Of a stretch of DNA of 64,000 nt, positions 38,710 through 50,300 are shown piece after piece (position 1 is the first letter of the stretch; the number at the start of each line of letters is the position of its first letter). The DNA lies in the NCBI GenBank assembly GCA_051362555.1, contig CM120644.1, positions 4,596,954-4,660,953 on the forward strand, written 5' to 3'. This DNA is from Lingula anatina. Lineage: Eukaryota; Animalia; Brachiopoda. The notes beneath the pieces were generated by a model. The model ran no database searches and was not told the origin of the DNA. It saw only the letters and a list, made by a program, of their open reading frames with translations. Both the position numbers and the translations under genes were made by a program.

Positions 38710-40700
38710 GTTTTTGTGTGGATTTATGAGAGAGGCACCCTGAGCTTCAGAGATAACTTGACACTAACCTCTTCACTATAGCCTATGTTCATCGTGTCAA
38801 GTTACCTCTGACCACATTCAATTGCCCGCACTGCCCGCCAATCAAATTTAAAGCCGCCCTCAATGACTCATTGAACGATCTAGCCAATGAACGCAAACAA
38901 GTCAAAGCGCTATTTGTTCAAATCCGGACCAATCAAAGATAAGCCTGAATATCAGGGACTTGCCGTAACCTGTGGGCAGCACGCAAAATACATCATCCCT
39001 CAGTAGATAGTGATGCAGGGCCTCAAACTGCTCTGGTTTCAATTCCGATATATTCATATTTTGCTAAGAATCAAGAGATAACTTAACACATTCTTTTAAG
39101 TAGTCACTCGTAGGAGACGCCATGCTTTCTTTGTGTACGGTTATGCACTCGGAACTACTCGGATGTCTTCGCACTCGACAATAACTTTGTTGTTAGTATG
39201 GAGCTTGCGGAATCAGCCGAGGATTGCCGATTGACGGTTATGCGGACGCAACGAAATACAATTTTCTCATTGGACATAATTCTGGACTTTCAACCAATCA
39301 GCATTTTCACCAAACTTTGGTGAAAATTTTTGAAACATGGATTCGATTGGCTTATATAAACTACGTCAAACTATTTTCGTCAGAGGTAACTTGGCACGAT
39401 GAAGAGGTTAGTGTCAAGTTATCTCTGAAGCTCAGGTTGTGAGAGAGGGGGATTTGCATTTGTGTGTGTGTAAGAGAGAGAGAGGTTTTGATTTTGCACG
39501 TTTTAGAAAGTGGGGGAATTACTTTATTTCTTTGAAAGTATGTTTGTGACACACTAGTCTTGTTGCTTTAACCTTAATATAACTGACGTACAGCTCAGTG
39601 GATCGGCTTGTCTTCTTATTCAGTATGTGTATTAATCCCTTCTTGTGTGACTTTTCCACTCTAGGAGCACGGGAAGGACATTGACCACCACGAGCTGACC
39701 AAGCAGCTGGCTATAATGTGGAATAATAAGTCAACAGAGGAAAAAAAGGTGAGTGGATTACTGTAAAAACTTGAACATTTAGTCACTTTAAAATTAATTA
39801 GTATCACATATTATGTGTGAATGGCCATATACTAGGTGACAAACTTTTCAAAATTATTGAGAGGCCCAAGTATGAAAAAATTTTCTAGGTGAAAAAAGTG
39901 ACGTTGTCTGAGCCTTATCTTCTGACAAAATTTTCAAGACCGACTAAATTAAAAAAGAAATTGCTGTAATTGTTAAAGGATGTCTAAACTTTTGGTCTAG
40001 GCTCACACACTATTTCTATCAGATGGTATGGTTGATTTTGACTGAACAGAATTCAAAATATTTGATTATTTGAACAGTGTAACATTTATTTGTGTATGAG
40101 AGATCTGAAAGTTTTGCATGATTTTTGATGCCTTTGAGTTCTGTTTGTTATTTACAAGCTCTCCCGTGCTGAGGACAAGTAAAGTTTTCTGAACATATTT
40201 GCAACGCTTTGGTCCACCATATGACAAAACATTACCATATTCAAAGATACAAGTGTTTTTTACTTTAAAGGGGTTCATTTAATGGTAAATATGAAATTTC
40301 ACATGAAGGGGTTTTTCACCAAATATAAGAGTATAACAAGATTAACATATTCATATATTTGGTTAACATATACTCATATATTTAACAAAATTTGAGTATG
40401 TTAACCTTGTAATTATTTGAACAGTGTATTTAACAAAATATGAGTATGTTAACCTTGTAATACCGATGATGATTGATATGATTATGTTTCAAATGACAAA
40501 TGCATAACAAAAATGAGTAATGTGTACTAGTATGTATAACTTCACCATTATTGGACTTTCAGGTATACTATGGCAAATACGAAGTGGAAAAAGAAAAATA
40601 TGCCAAACAAATGGAAGAATATACAGGGTCCCACCTGGCAGCCAGCAAGGAGGTCAAACAGGAAGTGGTCATCAAGACAGAGCCGCAGACCACAGACTGA
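34884..40700 (+). CDS. TFPT/INO80F-like N-terminal coiled coil plus C-terminal HMG box (Nhp10-like), 260 aa, 7 exons
   Basis: Exons 34884-35006, 36376-36446, 36819-36888, 37860-38004, 38402-38553, 39665-39748, 40563-40700, all GT-AG and in phase. N-terminal YEKKYFSLKRKCEYLQQFNEKLVNRIQQVKK...ERRFMMGKLDEHGDNFR resembles TFPT. HMG box: KDPNAPKKPLNAYIMFC...LTKQLAIMWNNKSTEEKKVYYGKYEVEKEKY. AATAAA at about 41364. Confidence 0.85.
35253..35821. mobile_element. Foldback MITE with 8-bp TSD (Merlin-like GG termini)
   Basis: GGTACTTTTGTAGTATACCCCC ... GGGGGTATACTACAAAAGTACC. The arms pair over about 270 bp, and TGCATTTT is duplicated at 35245-35252 and 35822-35829. Confidence 0.8.
36008..36318 (-). mobile_element. 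Miniature LTR retrotransposon (TRIM) with tRNA-derived LTRs (Helenus-like)
   Basis: Two about 127-bp TG...CA LTRs (36192-36318 and 36008-36135), each with A-box GGTAGCTCAGTAGG and B-box GGTTCG/AAGTCC. PBS TGGTGGCAGCGGTG (36190-36177), PPT GGGGGGAGGAG (36146-36136), 4-bp TSD GTAT. Confidence 0.88.
36971..37714. mobile_element. Kolobok-like non-autonomous DNA transposon
   Basis: TIR AGGGGAATACAAGTCTCTGGGGACCTAAATTCAATAAA and its inverse, extending imperfectly about 150 bp. TTAA TSD. Confidence 0.8.
38584..38705. repeat. (GA)n microsatellite
   Basis: Read directly. Confidence 0.85.
38736..39439. mobile_element. MITE with 9-bp TSD (MuDR-like)
   Basis: TIR CACCCTGAGCTTCAGAGATAACTTGACACTAACCTCTTCA...TGAAGAGGTTAGTGTCAAGTTATCTCTGAAGCTCAGGTTG. 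TGAGAGAGG is duplicated at 38727-38735 and 39440-39448. Confidence 0.8.
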
Positions 40701-43072
40701 CCAATCTCGGGTCATAGACTGACCACTCCTTTATTTAATGCATAATAACTGGGTCATCTACTCAGGGGTGAAGGTCAAGTTGTGGCTTGTCTTGGATCAC
40801 GTGATATGGTCTGTCATTTACCAGCCAGAAGGGTGGAAATTGTTCTCACTAGTGTCATCTGAATAATACCATTGTATTCAGATGGCAAGAAAAGGATATG
40901 GGCTTTAAATTGGAGTTTGAATATCGAAGCTTAACTTAACTGGTGCTGTCCATCTTGTCATGAATGAAAAACACTTTCATTTAAAAAGAGGGTCATGATG
41001 TTTGATGTACAGTTGTGCTGGTTGGACTTTTGAATTACCCTGCCTTGAAAAAAAAGATTCTTTCAAAAAATTACTTGTGTTTTCCTGGACCACCAATTTT
41101 TTTTTCCCTATATATCTGATTTTAGAGCCTAATTTGAATTTGGAGTCATTAAAAAGTAGAAAAACAGTCAAGTAGTATTCATTTGAAAATTAGCAATAAT
41201 ATTTAATATGCTGTATTGAGTGTATTTTGATTAATATGTTATCATTCTAGTGTATAACTTATTTTTGTGTGTGTTTGTGACACATTTTATATTGTTCCTA
41301 TGTTTATGTTTTAGTATCCATCATAGGTTTTCAAAATATCCAGTCTTTTGTTTAACATGTTTTAATAAAATGTTTTTTACTGAAAACACAGAGTTGATAA
41401 AATAGTATATTTATGTGAGGTGTTGGAATGTGATATCATCATGTATTCTTCTAAATTGTGTGTAACCATAAAAATTCTTTATCCTTGCGCATTTGTGAAT
41501 TTCCTTGTAAAAACAACCACTACGAAAAGCCAGGGATACTGTCTTTTTGAACAAGAACAGATTTTTTTTCTTTCTGGGGGAGGGGGGAAAACATCTGAAA
41601 ACAAATATTTAATTTTGGGTCAATTTGTCTCTATTTGATTGTTTTAAAAGGTAAAGTCCGAGATGCATGAACACATTGCACTGTTGGTATCGCTTTTCAA
41701 ATTACAATATATGATGCAAATATAGGTCCAAGGTTTTAACAATATTCAGATAACATTTATTTCAACAAAATGAATCTCAAGCAATACAGTATTCCTAATA
41801 AATAAGATATCCATTTAATATATCCAGTTATATAATGAAATTGAAATCATTCACCATAGCTATATATGGTTTTTCCCGCTGCCTACAAGATCTTGTAGAA
41901 ATATTCTCTGTACATAACTTATAGCAGTACGTAATCTGAAAGCCAATACTATATAGTTGTACAAACAAGCAAAGGCTAACAATGATATGGTGTGGTTGTA
42001 TTCTAGAACCATCCTGAACCCTAGTACAACTATCCCAGTTAAAGGTACACACCATGGGTTTGAAAATCCCCAAAATGCTTATATTATATAATTATCTTTG
42101 CCATCTGCAGCTTCTCATAAAACCTTACATACAGTTTAAAAATGATTTAACCCCTCAAATTATTTATGTATTTATTTTTATATTCTGGAGCCTACCTGAT
42201 GTTGATATTTCCACTGGAGCTAATAGGAAAATGGTTGCTGTTAGTATGACTGGCCAGTCATTTTCGCTAAAATCAGCCTACTTTATAAAAAGTAAAATCC
42301 AAGTGCAGAGAGGGGTTAGATAAATGTGCTGTGAGTATGAGAAAATAGCTCTTTTACCAGGGAAAATTAATTTGGCGGGTAAATCTAATGGACTGTACCT
42401 TAAAGTAATCAAATTTTTGCTTGCTGAGATATGATTTAGGAGATGAATAGGAACTTTTTTTCCACTACCATATATAAAAGATTACCCAATTATATCAATG
42501 TTTGTTTATATCTGGATTAAATAAGACAAATACATAAATCACCTTGCCCATTACTCTTATATTTTTCTTGCAGACGTCTAAATTTAAAGAAATACTTTAA
42601 AGTCCACTTAAGTGTAAACTTGATGAGTAAAACCCAAAGGGTTATGACTGCATGAGTGACTTACTTATAAAACTATAAATATCTGGAAATCAAAAGTCAC
42701 CTTGTATTTAAGAATTCCTAGTTACAAACGTCCTCATTTAAGGTTATTTATCACAGATCTCTTAACTTATGTCAAAGGTGATATTATTAGTTTAAGTCAG
42801 TAGAACCTGCCAACTCCCTATATCTCTCTCTTTTCACTTGTACTAATATCTTCAAACTGTGGTTCATTAGAGTTAAATTAGAAGAACAATTCTAAGCAAA
42901 TAGGGTTACACAATATCCATAATTTGGCTTAGTAGAAGAGGACTGCCACAAAATGCCAGACTCTCATGCCCACTCCCTCTCCACCTCTCTCTCTCCCTTT
43001 CTCTCTCTCTCTCCACAGAAGTAGCCTCCTGAAAGCTGAAGGCTGTGACTGCATTGATGGCTGCCATCCAGG

Positions 43073-44418
43073 TCACTTTCCTTTGAAGTTGTCTTTCTCA
43101 CGTCTAAGAAACCCCATCACTTCCACAGAGTCTGACTTCTTAGCATGCTGCTGTACACTTGACTCCCTGTGGTAAAACATAACAGCAACAATAACTATAA
43201 TAATAATAATAAAGATTGTAATAAAATCATATCATTAATACACACAAAGAAAAAAAACGAATATTTGCAATTTTTTACATGAATTTGTTCAACATGAGTA
43301 CTTTTGCAACATCCAAAGTGTTTGAAAGGTTGGAAATAAAATATTCAAAATTGAAAAAAATGTTTAAAATTTGAAGGAGGCAATTCAGTTCACCAAATAT
43401 TGCCACAAAACTCAATGAAATTTAAAATCTATCTTGTTTCTGGGTTGTCACATTTTCAAAGCTTTACTTACGTTACTCTCATGAATGGATTATACTGGAG
43501 TTCTTCTGCAATTGTTGATGGAACTGTGGGTTCATTTTTGCTTCTTTGGCTCTAAAATTATATCATGCATCTTTGAAATAAAGTTTTAAAAAGACAAAAT
43601 GTGTAAATTTATAGGTGCACAGTGCCACGGTCAAGGATGATTTCAAATACGTTACATTTTTGGCAAAAATAAATAAATAAATAACATTTTTTACATATTT
43701 TGACCAAATGTGGTTATGGCTTAATGTAATTTACAACTTGTACATAAATCTCATGACTCCTTCAACTAATTTTAACGATGCATTTGTAGTCAAAATTTTG
43801 CCATAAAAACCAAACAAATGCGGCCATATAGTTTCCATTAGCATAACTCAAAGAAAACCCAAAGGGCATTGTTTCATATTTCTTGAAAAATGATATTTAA
43901 ACATTCTGAATTTGGCGTATGCAGTTTTAAAATTCTTTTATGGTTGACCTAGCAATTAATTTGGCATAAATGCCTCGGCATGTCGACTTTATTTAAGTCA
44001 TATAATAAACTAGCAGAAGTGGTTTTCATGCAACAAAGGGAATCCTCACTTGCTTCATATATAACTTTAAACATTTGACACAAACATGAGTATCATGTGA
44101 CTGTCATGTGACCAGCTCAGTACAGTGTACACCCACCTGTGCCCAGGCCATTTTAGAGTTCACTGCTTCACTGTTGGGTTCCACATGCAGGGCAAACTTC
44201 AAGTTGCTGACAGTGTACTCGTGGCCACAGTAGACTTTCTGGAATGAAGACAATAAGGGATCATTATCGATGAAACTCTTGTTCTACATGTATAGATAGA
44301 TCCAAGTTCATTGGGACTCTTGCTGAATGCATTCAGATTTACAGATTAACACATCTATTATCATCTATAATCACTAGCTTTTCTGTGTTCTGCTTGAATA
44401 GTGTATTGTCACCTTATT

Positions 44419-44465
<47 letters not shown>

Positions 44466-47233
44466 TTTTCACAAATAAATAAAATTAATATGATTAAAAA
44501 CAATAAGAAGTCTCCACCATTACAAAATGTCACCCTCTGCCAGTAAGGTCTTAGGGCAAACAACTTCTATGTTTCACAATTAATATCTTACTGTTTCATG
44601 GGGCAGCTTTGCCAGTGTTTCCACCAAAGCATGGTGCATTTCCTTGGCAGTCCCTTCAAAAAATTTACCACAGCCAGCTACAAACAGGGTGTCACCTGGA
44701 AAAAATGTAACATCATTTGATTTCAAAAATGGTACATTGAAATTGTTTCAGTTGAAATGAAATGAAAGGTCAGAATTATGAAGGAAGCAGGGTAAGCTGT
44801 GTAAGGCCCCTATTTCACACAGACCACGAATCCCACGAATTGCCAGGAATAGACAAATTTCAGGATTCGTGAGATTTTGCCAATTTTCTGGTCTAATTTG
44901 ACACGCTCACGATTCAGTTACGATACAGGTGCGATAGTGTCACGAATATTTGTGGGATTCGGCTGGCATCGTGAGATTTTGCCAATTTTCTGGTCTAATT
45001 CGACACGCTCTACGATTCAGTTATGATACCGGTGCGATAGTGTTACGAATATTCGTGGGATTCGGCTGGAATTGCACGAATATTGTCCAGAAATTCACTA
45101 CAATTTTTTGGAATCGGGAGTTTGTGGCCAAAACTTTGAACAGTTTAAATTTTTTGCCAAGAATTCCTGATTGATCAAGAATTGTAAGAACTGACTACGA
45201 TTATATACGAATCTGTTAAGAATTTTACGAACCGATTACGATTCAACCACGAATCCTGAAATTTCAATTCCTGGCGATTAGTGGGATTCGTGGTCTGTGT
45301 GAAATAGGGGCATCAAAGTTTTTGCCACCAATTCCTGTTGGTCAAGAATTGCAAGAACTGACTGCGGATACTTACAAATCTGTTAAGAACTTCACGAACT
45401 GATGACTATTCAACCACGAATCGTGAAATTTGTCAATTCATGGCCATTCGTGGGATTCGTGGTTTGTGTGAAATAGGGGCATAAAAGAGGGAGGGTCCAG
45501 AAAAGCATTTTCTTGTATGAATTCCTTGTTACACAAAACACTAGCTATCTAAAATGTGAATCAATAATGGATCAGTTTTTACAAGATATAAAGGAGCAAC
45601 AATGCACTTATTGTACAGTGATGGCTATGATTAAACATTTTGGAGTCTATTTCAGTAAAACACCACCATGACAATAATGCCATCATGGGTCAGATTAATC
45701 AGCTATCAGCATGTAAGTAGGCAATGTACCCTTAGACATAATCTGACAACAGACATTATATTTTGGATTTTTTTTTTTTTAATTTGTATAACTCATATAT
45801 AAATATCACATGAATTAACAGATATATCAGCCAGAGAATATATACTTAAAATACAATAAGTAAGAGAACGTTTTAATAGCCAAATAAGTCGTTACTACAA
45901 AAGTATAAACAACACAAGAGTAAAATACTGCAGGAATTAAGAGATTTATCACGTGTGAAAATAGGCTCAGCACCACTTGGTCCTGTAAAAAGCATATACC
46001 CCCTAGAAGTACATGTACAATACCTGTGAAGACAGCAGGCTCAGTCCCACTGGGTCCTGTGACAAAATAGCAGATGTGTCCAGAGGTGTGACATGGAGTG
46101 AAGAGACATTCCACATTCAGGTTTCCTATCTGAAACAATATAACACAGGTTTCCTATCTGAAACAATATAACACAGGTTTCCTATCTGAAACAATATAAC
46201 ACAGGTTTCCTATCTGAAACAATATAACACATTTGGTTAGAAAATAATTATCACAGTCACATTTCTATCCTGACTACATTGTTGACTGTTATAAAAATCA
46301 AAGGGAGAATCTGATGCCTAGTCATATAATTATACACTGCTGTTACTGATTTGTGTAGAAAAAATGCTTAAAAACTTGGTAATGGTTTCTTTAACATAAA
46401 TCAAATTTACATTTATAGAGTATAATAAACAGTATAATATTCAAATAAAAAAGAACTAAGACATACAGAATATAGATTTAAAATCTTACATTTAAAACTG
46501 AGGAGTGTTGTTCCATTTTAGATACAACTTTTATGCCATTTCTTGACTTTAGGGGTAAATAGGTCCACTGTTTTAGACGCACCCCTTGAAATCCCTGGCT
46601 ATAGGGCTGAACAGACAGACAGACAAGCAGACAGACAGGCGTAAAATACTCAGCAAACCTGAAACTTGTCTCCATGCGTGACTTTATTGGTCAGTGCCCC
46701 TATCCTGCTGTCTCCTCCATATACTGTTAGCTTACCACTGGCTATCTTCACCAGCTCCTCATTTCCCCCTGCATGATCCCTTAAACATAATTGACCAGAG
46801 CAACATGATATATTAACTAATAATCAATATATATATATATATATAATACTATAATAATTATACATAGAAATGTACCTAATGAATGATGCGGTAGGCCCTG
46901 TTCACAACCAGCTGATTTTCAGACTAACTAGTCCCTAGATCAAATATGGTTTGAGCAGTCAGAGCAAAGTCGGTTTGACCAGAACAGCATGACGAATATG
47001 TATAATACTAAATAGAATTGTACCTAATGTATGAAGTGTATGACCAGTGTATACACAGACTGACTAGAGCAAATATTGAAAGCATGCCAAGATTTAATTG
47101 CTCTGCCATTACGGGGACAATGCGGGAGGGAGGTAGAAATTCACTGTCAAGACTTGCACACCATATTTAATCTGTGGACTAGTTACTGTAGTCTGAAGAT
47201 GAACTTATTATGAATGCGACCTCACATTCACTC

Positions 47234-47301
<68 letters not shown>

Positions 47302-50300
47302 TGTAAATGAACAAATGAAAAAATGGTAATTTTTTATATTATAATGTTAAATGTTGATAAACAAACCCCAATGAAGGAACTCGTTCTTTAATAACGAGGA
47401 TCTGTTCAAAATGAATTTATCAACCTAGCTTTTTCCATTGAATAGATTACAGGAAAGCTGGTGATTGTATCGGTACAAAGATGTTGGAAACAGGAAGAAG
47501 CGTGTCAGTCTGTCAATATGATTGCATTCAGCGAGTCTCTATTAGCTGAGTGCACATTAGATAGTTGGATAAATTCATCATGAATGGGTTCTAAAGTACA
47601 CTGAGATAATTTTTTTTAAGTTGCAATAAGAAGAAAAGAACCCCAATGTAAACCTCACCAGTGGTGGTGTGTGGTCAGAACAGAGGTCAGCTTGACACCA
47701 ACTTTATTTACAGCTTCTAGTATCTGGAATAATAATAATTATAATAATAATAATAAGAAGAAGAAGAAGGACAACAACAGCAGCAACAAAACAACATTAG
47801 CAACAATAATAATAACAATAGTAATATTTTCTTAAATTAAATCTGCTTACCCTAAAAGTATCAAATCTGACTGCTTAAAATTCTATTAAAAGCTTTATTT
47901 TAAACCTTTGCAAATTTGCACAACAATATACTACTGGTGCACAGTACTCATTTACCCTTCTTTGTTCAGTATCACATGCCATTAAAAGCTCCCCAAATTA
48001 ATTACATGTCATAGTACCTTCTTAGGTTCTACAGGGTCCACAGCAGCACATTCCTGTGTCACCTCGTCCACCAGGAGATACATGTAGTTGTCCGAGAGCG
48101 CGGGGACCAGGAGAACCTTCATGTCTGCTTGTGTCACTTGGAGAGACTTGGAGTGGTAAGATCTGGCTGACACCAGGGACAGAGTGGCTGGGGACACAGA
48201 GACAAGTGGGATATCAAACACAAATGAGCATGATTTGATGGTAAACATGCCCAAATTGCATGTGCATGTGTAACGTATAGATAAAACTTGTACTGGGCAT
48301 AGTTTCTTTACAAGTCAGATTTGAATGTGGATGATTTGTTGAATTTATGGAAGGACGTACCTAAAACACGGAACAGCGGAACAACGGAACAGACTAAAAT
48401 GCGGAACATTGTTACTGTGGAACACACGACGCAGGAACGGAACAGCATAAAACTTTAAACTTTATTCATTGTAACGTATGCATCTACATGAATAGATGAA
48501 AACGTACAAAGGAATGCAAATATATATAAATATGAATTATGATCAATAGTGATATTGTATGACTCCTTGTATGAAAAATACAAAACATATTTGGCAGAGC
48601 CCAAATGGCTCTACCTACTCAACTGGTTATGGGTGCAGCACAGTCCCTTTTTTGGAAGGCTAACCATAAATACTTGGCAAGAGCATTAATGTGTTCGTTC
48701 TTCTTACCAGTCATTAGTGTTTTAAATTTATCCATTCTGGTAAGGTGCTCAAAGTGACTATGTTGTTTTTTGTATATTGAATAAAGATCATATCGAAGGT
48801 CTGTATAAAGGGGGCATGACACTAGGAAATGGATTTCATCTTCTATTTCACCAGAATGGCACTTTTTGCAAATTCTGTCAGCTTGGGGAATTTTATCATG
48901 TCTACCTGTTTCAATACCTAGGTTGTGTGCACTTATGCGGAATCTGGTTAAAGTGGTGCATTTATCTCTATCTTTAATTGTGTCTAAGTATCTTTCCTTC
49001 ACACATTTGTTCTTGTATTGACAATAAACTTGTAATTTGGACTTGGTGTTAGTTATGTCTCTCTGCCATTCTTGTGTTATTCTGTCCCTGATTCTTTCCC
49101 TAAACTGCTGGATAAAGTTTTTATCATATCTTTGGCCTAGCCACACATCACCAAATCCATTCTCAAAAAGTATTTGTCTCACACCTTCGCACCATGACAT
49201 GTTTTCCTGCTTTATCTCTGTAAGGTTGGATGTGTTTAAAAGTTTGTAATTTTCTATTTCATCTAGGTAGGCCTGTTTCAACAAACTATTATCTTCCGAG
49301 TTTAATATTTTTTGCCAAAATTTTATAAGTTGTGTTTGGATTTTAAAGGACACTGGTAGCCTACCGAGTTCTCCTCTGACAGCTTGGTTTGTACTTTTAG
49401 AATGTACACCTAGGAGTTCTTTACAAAAGCGTAAATGGATTTTTTCTACCGGAGATTTGTCGGTGATTCTAGAGGAGCCCCAGACTTCAACAGCATATGT
49501 AGCCACCGGTATGATCATAGTGTCAAATAATTTTTCTTTAAGTGAGGACGATATACTACTCCAGAGTGGCATATAACTTTTCAGACTAAAGAGCGCTTTC
49601 TGTGCCCTTTCGTATAAGTTCAGTTGAGCAGCTGTGAAATTACCCGATCTTGTAAAGAGAATACCAAAGTACATGTAACTGGGAGCTATTGTTAACTGAC
49701 TGTTATAGAGAAAAAATTTTTCTTTGCACTGCACCTGGTTGTTCTGTACCTTTCCCTTGCTATTGAAGATAATAATTTTTGTTTTTGAAAGATTTATAGA
49801 GAGTCTCCATGTAAAACAGTAAGCTTCAATACGGTTAAGACTGTACTGTAAACCAGAGGCACGAGTTGACAGCAGTACAAGATCGTCCGCATAGAAGAGA
49901 CCTGTGACGGGTTTGTTGTTTATTATGGGAGAATCGCTTTTGACATCATCAATGAGCTTTAACATATCATCCACAAATATATTAAATAAAAAGGGGCTGA
50001 GAGTGTCTCCCTGCTTGACACCTTTCATCGTTGGAAAACAATCAGTTAAGCCACTGGAAGTTTTTACACAAGCTGTAGCCTGATCATACATTGATCGAAT
50101 GTTGGCATAGAACACTCCCCCTACATTGAGTTTCAGTAATTTATAGGGGAGACCTTTCCTCCATACACTATCAAAAGCTTTACTCATATCTACAAAGCAG
50201 GCATATAAACGTTTCCTAGATCTTGTTAACTTTGTGACTATAGATTTCAGGACAAATAGGTTATTGGAGGTGCTATGTCCTTCCATGAAACCAGTTTGGT

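Noticed and set aside
38554-38781. (ER)n extension of the HMG ORF
   Set aside because: This is read-through into an intronic (GA)n microsatellite past the donor at 38553.
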